Source of the DNA: a virus
Lineage: Duplodnaviria > Caudoviricetes
Strand: one strand, 5' to 3'
DNA: 55,732 nucleotides
IMG/VR virus record: IMGVR_UViG_3300025769_000012
Coordinates: 1-55,732 of that record
In this document: one piece after another, positions 17,602 to 25,483 of the stretch
Position numbering within the stretch: the first letter of the stretch is position 1
Layout: every line of letters begins with the position of its first letter
Translations under genes and position numbers: made by a program
Notes under the pieces: model-generated
The model's input: only the letters and a program-made list of their open reading frames with translations
Told to the model about the DNA's origin: nothing
The model's database searches: none

Positions 17602-18074
17602 GTAAACAACATGACGGCGATGCCAGCCAACAAGGCTCCTACTACGGCTTGAGCTATATAGCGTTTTGTCTTGGATGGTTCCTCAACAGGCTCGAAGTCG
17701 TATAGATCGTTCACGCCTTCGCCTAACCGGGCGGCATCATCTGGCTGCAAGGCTTCTTTACCGAACAGGGCATTGAGCCCCGGTTCGAGTTCCTTGGCCA
17801 GTTCGGCGGAGGTAATGGGCGCTTTATCTACTTTAGCGCAAGCGGCTTTAATGTCTTTGACCGGCTGTTTCATCCAGTTGGGGTCGTTGCCTTTTAGCAG
17901 CCATCCCATGACTTCGCTTCGATCCCAGCGGTTGACTTTTTTCGGCCCGCGGGCGTTGTTGCTTGCGATTTTCTTTGGTTTTGGGAACGTGCCCAGTTTG
18001 ACGCGACGATAGACAGTGGGCTTTGAGACTTTTGCCATCAAGCACACTTCGTCGATATTGATAAGGTCTTTCAT
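17598..18074 (-). CDS. AlpA/Xis-type HTH regulator with capsid-like peptide and C-terminal TM helix
   Basis: INIDEVC...VSKPTVYRRVKLGTFPKP...RW..SEV..W; internal LAKELEPGLNALFG; hydrophobic C-terminus. Confidence 0.85.
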   Translation of the reverse strand: MKDLINIDEVCLMAKVSKPTVYRRVKLGTFPKPKKIASNNARGPKKVNRWDRSEVMGWLLKGNDPNWMKQPVKDIKAACAKVDKAPITSAELAKELEPGLNALFGKEALQPDDAARLGEGVNDLYDFEPVEEPSKTKRYIAQAVVGALLAGIAVMLFT

Positions 18075-18105
18075 AGGTGCATCTCCATAGTTTTGACACT
18101 CATCG

Positions 18106-18135
18106 ATAATATGCGAAGTTATGCGATGTTGTCAA
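18106..18135 (-). promoter_or_regulatory. Sigma70-type promoter
   Basis: TTGACA-18 bp-TATTAT with two TCGCATA boxes 10 bp apart. Confidence 0.7.
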
Positions 18136-18140
18136 CAAGC

Positions 18141-18428
18141 TTAGTGGATTTCGTCGCTGGACGGATGCGTGATGATTGTTGTTTCGGTGTGGAATGCTGC
18201 GTTGGATATGCAAGACGACAGCATACCCATTGCTGTTTGGGTATCGGGTGAAACGGCGATGAGGTGTGTCAGGATTTGCGTGAGTGCCCCGCCGAGAGCT
18301 GGGCCTTTGCCCAGCCCCATGGCATCAAATTCCTCCAGCAACTCCTGCGTACAGTCTGCTGCTGTTAGAAAATCATCTTTAGCTTGTTCAGCCAGTGAGG
18401 ATGCGTTGCCATGCTTTTTCGAGTTCAT
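18141..18428 (-). CDS. Hypothetical protein
   Basis: 95-aa ORF in operon context. Confidence 0.65.
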   Translation of the reverse strand: MNSKKHGNASSLAEQAKDDFLTAADCTQELLEEFDAMGLGKGPALGGALTQILTHLIAVSPDTQTAMGMLSSCISNAAFHTETTIITHPSSDEIH

Positions 18429-18564
18429 TCACTTTTAACTTTTTAGCCTCTGGTTTCAACTTATCATCATTCTCAATTGCCGTCATTTGGTTATTGATTG
18501 CCGTGTTGACCTGCGCCACGGCCCATGACCAATCGATTTCGTTTACTCGCTTTTTGGCTTCCAT
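18388..18564 (-). CDS. Small hypothetical protein
   Basis: MEAKKRVNEIDWSWAV...; GGAGG upstream of the ATG at 18564. Confidence 0.55.
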   Translation of the reverse strand: MEAKKRVNEIDWSWAVAQVNTAINNQMTAIENDDKLKPEAKKLKVNELEKAWQRILTG

Positions 18565-18758
18565 GTATCGACCTCCGCATACCATTTGCCGTTTCGGCTT
18601 TCGCACACTTGAACGTTGATCCACTCGTCTGTCTGTCCCGTGAGCCACGCAGCGAGTTCTTCGCGTTTGATGCTGATATTACATTTGATCCAATCGGGAG
18701 CCGTGTCCCGTGGTTTTTTGGCGATGAGGCCATCGACGAATTGCTTTTGATTTTCCAT
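18543..18758 (-). CDS. Small beta-rich hypothetical protein (possible nucleic-acid-binding fold)
   Basis: MENQKQFVDGL...WIN...S..GKWYAEVDTWKP; AAGGAG RBS; downstream of the candidate RNA. Confidence 0.8.
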   Translation of the reverse strand: MENQKQFVDGLIAKKPRDTAPDWIKCNISIKREELAAWLTGQTDEWINVQVCESRNGKWYAEVDTWKPKSE

Positions 18759-18774
18759 TTTTCTCTCCTTAAAC

Positions 18775-18843
18775 GAGGTGCCCCCAGCCGGGGGCAACCG
18801 AACTGGGGGCTAGTCTCTTCTACGGAGTGCAGCCGAAGCCACG
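18775..18843 (-). ncRNA. Candidate antisense regulatory RNA (two hairpins, anti-RBS linker)
   Basis: GUGGC-UUCG-GCUGC hairpin, single-stranded ACUCCGUAG, long GC hairpin with UUGCCC loop; G-U pairs and the cUUCGg tetraloop point to the minus strand. Confidence 0.65.
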
Positions 18844-18849
18844 AAAAGA

Positions 18850-18878
18850 ACTATACTCCCAGAGTATGCGATTTGCAA
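18850..18878 (-). promoter_or_regulatory. Sigma70-type promoter for the candidate RNA/operon
   Basis: TTGCAA-17 bp-TATAGT with an ATCGCATA box in the spacer. Confidence 0.75.
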
Positions 18879-18881
18879 CAC

Positions 18882-19073
18882 TTAATCGCATAGATCACTT
18901 GGATACTCGGCGTCGGGCATTCTGTCATGTATGTCGAGTTTGCACTGCGGGCATCGACGGTGAAGCTTTTCCTCAGTTTTTTCAATAACTTGCAAAGACG
19001 TCTCGCACTTTGGGCAAAGGTTTTGGATTAAACGCTTGTGGATTTCACCCGCGGCGCTCGTCAGGTCGCTCAT
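18882..19073 (-). CDS. Zn-ribbon protein
   Basis: CPKC...CPQC; GAGG RBS. Confidence 0.7.
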   Translation of the reverse strand: MSDLTSAAGEIHKRLIQNLCPKCETSLQVIEKTEEKLHRRCPQCKLDIHDRMPDAEYPSDLCD

Positions 19074-19227
19074 CGATCACCTCAACTTCACCATGCTTTT
19101 CTTTGTACCAATCAAAAACAACGCGCAGTTGACCACCGATGGTTCGACCTTCGTGTTTCGACATTTCTTTGATTTCCTCGTAAACCTCTCGCGGCACAAG
19201 GATGCTCTTCCAGCGTGTTGTATCCAT
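19045..19227 (-). CDS. Putative ribbon-helix-helix transcription regulator
   Basis: WKSILVP beta-strand, REVYEEIKEMSKHEG helix, RTIGGQLRVVF helix. Confidence 0.7.
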   Translation of the reverse strand: MDTTRWKSILVPREVYEEIKEMSKHEGRTIGGQLRVVFDWYKEKHGEVEVIDERPDERRG

Positions 19228-19290
19228 TAAATTTCTCCAGCATACCCGGGCATGTGTAGGATATTATAGGAGATTATAAGAGAACGCAAG

Positions 19291-19312
19291 AAAAACCCCG
19301 CCGAAGCGGGGT
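19291..19312 (-). terminator. Intrinsic terminator
   Basis: ACCCCGC-TTCG-GCGGGGT-TTTT. Confidence 0.85.
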
Positions 19313-19339
19313 TAGTTAGTCGAAGCGGGGTTAGTTAGT
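19302..19339. repeat. 19-bp tandem duplication
   Basis: CGAAGCGGGGTTAGTTAGT twice (19302-19320, 19321-19339). Confidence 0.9.
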
Positions 19340-19550
19340 CGAAGTAAAAACAAAAGCTGTCGCCTTCTCCGAAGGGGTGGTGATCCACCGTTGTTGGCTG
19401 CCCGGACTTATCGTAATGGGTTTTTACGATTCGTACTTGTGAGCAGAGGTCGCCTTCAAAATCTTCAATAGTTAACTCTGATTTGAAGCGATCATTCACG
19501 TGTTTTTGCAAAGCCTCAATTAGCTCGTGGTAATAAATTTCTATTTTCAT
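19335..19550 (-). CDS. Hypothetical protein in a stand-alone cassette
   Basis: MKIEIYYHEL...; CTACGGAGG RBS; own TTGACA-17-GATAAC promoter and terminator. Confidence 0.75.
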   Translation of the reverse strand: MKIEIYYHELIEALQKHVNDRFKSELTIEDFEGDLCSQVRIVKTHYDKSGQPTTVDHHPFGEGDSFCFYFD

Positions 19551-19607
19551 GTTGCGTTCCTCCGTAGTTAGGAGGGCGTTATCGCATAACATCGCATACA
19601 TGTCAAC

Positions 19608-21503
19608 CTATTTAGCTTCGCCCCACGAAGGTCCGATTTCGACGTCGCACTTGCTTGGGACTTCCAGCGGAACAGCCTGTGTCATGATATTAGCAATCTC
19701 ATGAGCTTCTTCAACGCTTTTGACCGACATAGCGATTTCATCATGGATTTGGATCATTGGAAGACGGCCTGTCTTGTAGATGTCCACCATAGCTTTCTTT
19801 GTCATGTCCGCAGCCGATGCTTGGATCAAGCGGTTCAAAGCTTTGTAGGTGTATGCCCGCTTCAGCCTTGCGGTTGGCCCGTAGGTATCGACCGCTTCGC
19901 GATAGGGCAAGGCTTTGTTCATAGCGAACGTGTCGGGCTCCCACAAATCGAAGCGGCATTTACGGCCAAGCAACGAGCGCAGCGTACCTTTGGACGATTT
20001 CTCGTTCAGACGGTTCGTGACGCCATTCATCAGGCCCTTAACGAACGGAACGCGGTCGTGGTATTGCTTGATGATTGCTTTGGCTTCTTCCACGGTGATG
20101 TCGAGCTGTTCGGACAGTTTATTCACGCCCATGCCGTACATCATGCCGAGGTTGATGGTTTTTGCCTGCTTACGCGGGATGTTAGCCATCTCGGCCACCA
20201 TGTCGTGGAAGTCGGTCGCCGGGTTGTTGTTATATGCCTCGACGAACTCCGCAGCGCCCTCAAGGGGCAATCCTCGCGTTTTTCCATATACATGCGCATA
20301 ATGGGTCAAGATGCGTGGTTCCTGTTGCGAGAAGTCAATGGCAGCCCACTGGTCGCCTTCCTCTGGGAGGAACAGACTACGGATCATTGGACCCAGCTCG
20401 GGATCGCGGGCCGGGATTTGTTGCAGGTTGGGGTTGGACATAGAGAACCGCCCGCTGACCGTGCCCCCATCATCAGAACGGATTTGGTTGATATGAGCAT
20501 GTATTCTGCCGTCACTGTGGCAGTGTTTCATGATGGAGTTGATGAAGGTTCCGGATGTCTTGTTCAGGTTCCTTGCTTGGACGATGAGCTGCGCGAGGGG
20601 ATGTTCATGCTCTTGGAGGAACAGCTTCGTGAACGACGGTGCGCCTTTTTCGGTCTTTGGATATGCGACGCCGACTTTGTCGAACGCTTTCGAGAGCGAC
20701 TGAGCAGCCCAGATTTCGACATCGCTGCCAACGACGTGCTTGATTTGCTTCAGGACCTCCCTCTCTCGTTTGAGCAGGTTATCCCGCGTTCTCTCTACCC
20801 GGTCGGTGTCGACACGGACACCGCGCATGGTCATGTCAACGAGACATGGGAGCAGATCAAGTTCGAGGTTTGCGATAGGCCAAAGGTCTTCTTTTCCAAG
20901 CTGTACGGAGAAGTAATTCCAGAGTTCGAGGGTCAATACGGCGTCAGCTTCAGCGTAAGGTCCAACGTACATGGCTGGCATCTTCCACATTTCAGCTTTC
21001 GGGTCGATGCCGAACTCCCTTGCAGCTTCGACAAGGGCCTTCTCTGATTTGGTTTTGTTGAGGTGGTCGTAGCACAGCGCGTTTAGACTGTAGCTGAACC
21101 GGTTTTCATCCAACAGGGATGCCACCACCATAGTATCGATGATGCGGCCTTTGACCTCGAAGCCTGACGCAGTAATCCAGCCCAAGTCATACTGGGCGTT
21201 GTGCATGATTTTATCTGCGGGGCATTCGAAAACCTTTTTGAGCCACCGGTTGACGATCTTTTCGTCGAGATTGCCGCCGCCGAGGTGTTTGACTGGCAGG
21301 TAACCTGACCAGCCGTCCACCGCAACCGCGTAGCCGACAATATATCCGTCCTTGGTTGGCCAACCCGGACCATTCTGTTTTAGGTTCGAGTCTTTTGTTT
21401 CCACGTCGATTGCAATTTTCTTTGCCGACGTGATGTCTGGTAATTCGAGCGGGGGAACCCACTCACTTTTCGGTGCGAACATCGCCATTTGTAAACCCGC
21501 CAC
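19608..21503 (-). CDS. polA: DNA polymerase family A (3'-5' exonuclease + polymerase), Leu762 type
   Basis: ExoI DVET, HNAQYD, YAEAD; motif A DFSQQEPR, motif B RKQAKTINLGMMYG, motif C QIHDE; GTG start at 21503 chosen from GGAG spacing. Confidence 0.95.
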   Translation of the reverse strand: MAGLQMAMFAPKSEWVPPLELPDITSAKKIAIDVETKDSNLKQNGPGWPTKDGYIVGYAVAVDGWSGYLPVKHLGGGNLDEKIVNRWLKKVFECPADKIMHNAQYDLGWITASGFEVKGRIIDTMVVASLLDENRFSYSLNALCYDHLNKTKSEKALVEAAREFGIDPKAEMWKMPAMYVGPYAEADAVLTLELWNYFSVQLGKEDLWPIANLELDLLPCLVDMTMRGVRVDTDRVERTRDNLLKREREVLKQIKHVVGSDVEIWAAQSLSKAFDKVGVAYPKTEKGAPSFTKLFLQEHEHPLAQLIVQARNLNKTSGTFINSIMKHCHSDGRIHAHINQIRSDDGGTVSGRFSMSNPNLQQIPARDPELGPMIRSLFLPEEGDQWAAIDFSQQEPRILTHYAHVYGKTRGLPLEGAAEFVEAYNNNPATDFHDMVAEMANIPRKQAKTINLGMMYGMGVNKLSEQLDITVEEAKAIIKQYHDRVPFVKGLMNGVTNRLNEKSSKGTLRSLLGRKCRFDLWEPDTFAMNKALPYREAVDTYGPTARLKRAYTYKALNRLIQASAADMTKKAMVDIYKTGRLPMIQIHDEIAMSVKSVEEAHEIANIMTQAVPLEVPSKCDVEIGPSWGEAK

Positions 21504-21819
21504 GTGCATACTCCATTGTTTGTTCCACGGACCGTGCATCGAGGGCGACGAACTCTGCCCCAAGTGCCGAGTATCCGACTTTATCGACCCATGAGTCGTA
21601 TTTATCCATATTGGTAAGTAGTCTGCTGGTTTTTAGCCAGTCCATCATGAGAGCCACGTGAGACGGGGTAAGATACCCATGCGTCTTGAGCGCCTCTCTG
21701 ACGATGATGTTCCAGCCTTCGCAGATACGACCATGGTTATCGTAAGCGTCACCATAATCTGCCGCTCTATCGCCGTTTATCAGGTCTTTTGCGGCATCTA
21801 TAACCTCGTTGCGCCGCAT
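21463..21819 (-). CDS. DUF6378-like protein
   Basis: A..LINGDR..DYG, W, VALMM..LK..R, DSWVD..GY motifs. Confidence 0.75.
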   Translation of the reverse strand: MRRNEVIDAAKDLINGDRAADYGDAYDNHGRICEGWNIIVREALKTHGYLTPSHVALMMDWLKTSRLLTNMDKYDSWVDKVGYSALGAEFVALDARSVEQTMEYARGGFTNGDVRTEK

Positions 21820-22037
21820 CAGTGTTCCACCTGATTAACGTAGCCTGTGTGAACAAACTCGCCGAGTTCTTTGTCGTACTCGAACTTCACGGCAGGAATG
21901 TCTTCGTCTTTGACGGTGGGGTCGTCCCACATCTTTTGTGCGCGGTATGCCTCAAAGTCGGTGACGCCCATCTCTTTGTACTGCTCGCGCTTTTTGCGCT
22001 CATGTTCTTTCCATTCATCCCACGTCATCTTAGTCAT
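21819..22037 (-). CDS. Hypothetical protein
   Basis: 72 aa, AGGAG RBS, coupled to neighbours. Confidence 0.7.
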   Translation of the reverse strand: MTKMTWDEWKEHERKKREQYKEMGVTDFEAYRAQKMWDDPTVKDEDIPAVKFEYDKELGEFVHTGYVNQVEH

Positions 22038-22236
22038 TTTCGTTCTCCTTTGGGCGATAAACTAAAACCATCGAACCGCATCCGGGACAGGACAGGTTAG
22101 TGACCATGTTGTATTCGTTGTGAATTGACTCTACGTCTTCACCTTCGTCCGCGGCGATAGCCGTTGAGTAGCTCTCGACGTCACAATCGTGATCGCCGTT
22201 CCAAATAAGGTCTGTTTTGCAGTGCCAACAATTCAT
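22030..22236 (-). CDS. Zn-finger protein
   Basis: CWHC...CPGC; ATGA coupling. Confidence 0.75.
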   Translation of the reverse strand: MNCWHCKTDLIWNGDHDCDVESYSTAIAADEGEDVESIHNEYNMVTNLSCPGCGSMVLVYRPKENEND

Positions 22237-23747
22237 AGGTCATAGCTCCTTGATATGTCTTCCGCGTCGACGATGTAGAGGTTTTGCTTGGTCCGTGTGA
22301 CGCCAACGTAGAACACACGGTGCATGTCATCAGGATTGATGCGCATTTGTTCGTCTGCCGCTGGACTAAGGTCCGTGAACAGCACGACGTTATCTGCTTC
22401 CCCGCCTTTTGATCCGTGGATCGTGGAAGCTGTGATGCGGGGGATGCCATTGAACTTCTCACCACGGCGTAACAGGGCCGTGATGTATGCCCGATCTGTT
22501 TCGGGCAGCTTATCCATGGCTTCTGACCAGATCATGTTGGGGTCTGCCAATAAACCATGGTTAACGGTCAAGGCTTGCATGTTAACCAAGTCTTGATCCT
22601 CTAGCCCCGGCAGCTTTTTAAAGCCGCGCTTCACGCGTTCCCCGAGGGACATAAAGCCGTAAATCTTGCGAGCGGTCTCACCGGAAACTTCTTTTCCTTT
22701 ACGCAACTGCTCCCAGCCATTTACTGCATCAGAAATCTTTTCACTGATGGACCGATGGCCGCGATAAGTGAAGAGATAACCGTTTGACTTCAGGTCGTTA
22801 GCCACAGGTTGGAGCTGATAACCGGCCTGCGATAAAATTAGCCACGAGCCTTGCGCCATGTCCACTGCGTTGATAGTTGTTATCCGCGCCACATTGCCCA
22901 GATCGTCACGAGGCTCGTATTGCTTTGGAAAACGTCTCGCGATGCGGCGCACGACACTTTCCGCGACATTGTGAACAGACTTCGGAACCCGATAAGACTT
23001 CGACAGGGTTTCGCTTCCGCCCGGCAGGTTGATGAAGTGGTCGACGTCTGCGCCCGCCCAACGATAGATGGCTTGGTCATCGTCTCCTGCGGCGTACATG
23101 CGCTTGGAATTACCATCCAGAATATGAGCGATGTCCCACTGTAGCGGACTTAAATCCTGCGCTTCGTCGAGAAAGCACAGGTCGAACTCGGGGCAATACT
23201 TATCGGACTGCCGAACAAACTCTGACAGCATGTCGGTGAAGTCATAAAGGCCCATCTTATCTTTGTATTCCCGCAGGCACTTGTCGACGTAGCTGACAGT
23301 ATTCCAATCTTGGTCGATGTTGCTCTCGTTGTACTGGTCGCGCAGCGGCACCTTGCGCAGACGCGCCAAGTTAATCAGACCAAGCACAGGATCGTTGGCC
23401 GCGGTCATTGAGGGGACGTCCTCAAACTGGTCGTGTTTTGCGCCAACTAGACTTACGCCGATGGCGTTCCCCAGTTCTTTGTAATGTAGCGGCTGCATAA
23501 CTTGCTCGGGCCTAATATCGGTAGCAGTTAGCGCCAGCGAGTGCAGTGTTCGGAAGTAGATTAGGTCTTTTTTCGGGTCCAAGCCGAAGCGAGCGGCTGC
23601 CCGCTCTTTTGCTTCGTTTGCGGCCTTACGGGTGAACGCAAGAAACGCAATACGATGTGGATGCACCCCACTTTCGAGGGCGTCGTCAACCATGTTAAGC
23701 AGGGTTGTTGTCTTACCTGTGCCCGGAGGACCAAATATCCTAAACAT
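22233..23747 (-). CDS. SF1 (UvrD/Rep-like) helicase
   Basis: GPPGTGKT, AFTRKAA, DEAQD, GDDDQAIY, SYR, TIHGSKGGE, YVGVTR. Confidence 0.93.
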   Translation of the reverse strand: MFRIFGPPGTGKTTTLLNMVDDALESGVHPHRIAFLAFTRKAANEAKERAAARFGLDPKKDLIYFRTLHSLALTATDIRPEQVMQPLHYKELGNAIGVSLVGAKHDQFEDVPSMTAANDPVLGLINLARLRKVPLRDQYNESNIDQDWNTVSYVDKCLREYKDKMGLYDFTDMLSEFVRQSDKYCPEFDLCFLDEAQDLSPLQWDIAHILDGNSKRMYAAGDDDQAIYRWAGADVDHFINLPGGSETLSKSYRVPKSVHNVAESVVRRIARRFPKQYEPRDDLGNVARITTINAVDMAQGSWLILSQAGYQLQPVANDLKSNGYLFTYRGHRSISEKISDAVNGWEQLRKGKEVSGETARKIYGFMSLGERVKRGFKKLPGLEDQDLVNMQALTVNHGLLADPNMIWSEAMDKLPETDRAYITALLRRGEKFNGIPRITASTIHGSKGGEADNVVLFTDLSPAADEQMRINPDDMHRVFYVGVTRTKQNLYIVDAEDISRSYDL

Positions 23748-23892
23748 TTTCCGCCTCCACCTGTCTTACTATCTGACGGATACGCTCCCTACTTAGGTTG
23801 TATCGCTGCCCAATGGCAGTGAACGTCATACGTTTATCAAACCAAAGCTTAAAAATCTCTTGGTTACGCTTGGCAAACTTATCCTTTGTCAA
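23740..23892 (-). CDS. Small HTH protein, sigma70 region-4-like (50 aa, not in ORF track)
   Basis: TTG start after GGAGG; ...MTFTAIGQRYNLSRERIRQIV...; fills the primase-helicase gap. Confidence 0.75.
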   Translation of the reverse strand: MTKDKFAKRNQEIFKLWFDKRMTFTAIGQRYNLSRERIRQIVRQVEAENV

Positions 23893-25424
23893 AACGGAGC
23901 CTCCTCTGCGCCAAACTTCGGAGGTTTGATTTCGATGTCGGCGTTATCAAAAGCCGGTATCTTCCAAACACGCACCGCTCTTCCTTTAATCTTCAGCACG
24001 ACGCTCTCGCCACTGATGTCCCGCAGACGCTGGGCAATCCGATGTGACTTGTATTCAAAGAACTTGTTCTTACGCAGGAACGCTTCAAAATCTTTGAGGC
24101 GAAAATATGTCCAACCCTCATCTTCATCGGTCCAAGGGCGGCGCAGCAAGATTTCTTCTTTGTCTTGTGCTTGCTGTAGGTGGCGGCAAAACTCTTCGAG
24201 GTAATCGTAGAACTGACCGCTGATACTGGCATCCTGCGCCACTTCGATGATGGCGCTTTCGTTGTCACGCATTTCAGTCATCAAGGTGCTGATGCGGCTT
24301 TCCCATTGCTGCTTGGCTACGGAGCGCGGCATAAAGTTGAGCTGCTCCATGCAAGCCCGCTGGAACGTCATCTGGTTCATCAGGGCGTCTGTATCAAGCT
24401 CCAGAGGCTCGCCGTTAACGTCCATAAACCAAACCGGGGGTGTTGAGTTATATTTGCGCAGATTGGCAATGGTAGCCCCGGAGACAGCCGCTCCGACGCC
24501 GTGTTTACGGGTGCGGCAAAGTTCTTTATTGCAGTGCGCGTTGATTGGTGCGTCGTTACATTTGAAAGCGTAGTCTTTTCGCTGGACCTGCTTTGCAACT
24601 ATGTTGACCTCCGGGAGTGGAAGCGGCGGAGAAAGGTACTCCATGTTGTATTTAAGAATTTCGGATTCCCAACTATCTGGATACGCTTTTCGTAAATAAA
24701 CGCCGATGTTGAATAACCCATTATTGCGGCCCCCTTCGCTGATGCCCATCTTACAAAGTATCTGTAAGCACGGCGGGCCATCCTTGAGCAGGTCGGTTTC
24801 GCCGCTGCCTATTACTTGAAGCTTAACAACTTCTTCTGGGGTCTGGGCATATTTATCGTACAGGGTGAAAAATTCTTCTATTGACGCCGAAGTACCGTCG
24901 TCAAGGAAAGCGTAACGCAGACCATTTTCGTGGTCATAATATGGCAAATTGAGAAAGTTACCCACATCGCCACGATCTAAGTGCAATTTGACTTGCTTTG
25001 GAAATATCTCGCTCTCTCCATATCCGAGAGCCGCGGACATATTTTGCAGGCTCTTCTGCATGTCCTTCGCTTCGACCCACTCCTTCGAAAACAGGAAGCA
25101 ATGCGCCCCGCCGGACTTAGAACGGCAGACGACCAGCGGCAATTTCATGCGCCGGATTTTTTCGATAAGTAGTTTGTGATCGAGTGGATACTGATCGATG
25201 TCGATACAGCCCCACTTGCACATGTTGTCTTCGTTGATTGGAATGATGCCAAGACCATTCCCTTTGCCCGATAAATGGTTTTCCCACAGTTTCGTGGTGC
25301 GCGGTTCGCGTAACACGCCCGCTTTACCTTTAGCCTTACCGTTGGCTCCAGTGTTCTCTATCTTGAAGTAACCATAGGCTTCCTTCAAACCATCAAAGAT
25401 TGATGCAAATTTTTCTAACGACAT
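23889..25424 (-). CDS. Archaeo-eukaryotic-type primase(-polymerase) with PriCT-like domain
   Basis: WGCIDID, RSKSGGAH, EIFPKQ, GNFLNLPY, PPC...EGGRNN, C-x7-C-x4-C. Confidence 0.85.
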   Translation of the reverse strand: MSLEKFASIFDGLKEAYGYFKIENTGANGKAKGKAGVLREPRTTKLWENHLSGKGNGLGIIPINEDNMCKWGCIDIDQYPLDHKLLIEKIRRMKLPLVVCRSKSGGAHCFLFSKEWVEAKDMQKSLQNMSAALGYGESEIFPKQVKLHLDRGDVGNFLNLPYYDHENGLRYAFLDDGTSASIEEFFTLYDKYAQTPEEVVKLQVIGSGETDLLKDGPPCLQILCKMGISEGGRNNGLFNIGVYLRKAYPDSWESEILKYNMEYLSPPLPLPEVNIVAKQVQRKDYAFKCNDAPINAHCNKELCRTRKHGVGAAVSGATIANLRKYNSTPPVWFMDVNGEPLELDTDALMNQMTFQRACMEQLNFMPRSVAKQQWESRISTLMTEMRDNESAIIEVAQDASISGQFYDYLEEFCRHLQQAQDKEEILLRRPWTDEDEGWTYFRLKDFEAFLRKNKFFEYKSHRIAQRLRDISGESVVLKIKGRAVRVWKIPAFDNADIEIKPPKFGAEEAPF

Positions 25425-25439
25425 TGTTGCCCCCTACGG

Positions 25440-25474
25440 AAAAAAAACGCCGGAGCTGATGCACAGCCCCGGCG
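25440..25474 (-). terminator. Intrinsic terminator/attenuator upstream of primase
   Basis: CGCCGGGGCTG-loop-CAGCTCCGGCG followed by 8 T. Confidence 0.75.
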
Positions 25475-25483
25475 CACTGACGA

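Noticed and set aside
17598-18074. AlpA/Xis-like protein as evidence of integration
   Set aside because: No tyrosine or serine recombinase or att-like tRNA fragment was recognised in the complete genome.
18775-18843. tRNA gene
   Set aside because: No cloverleaf, T-loop consensus or acceptor stem; no tRNA was seen anywhere by eye (tRNAscan-SE would confirm).
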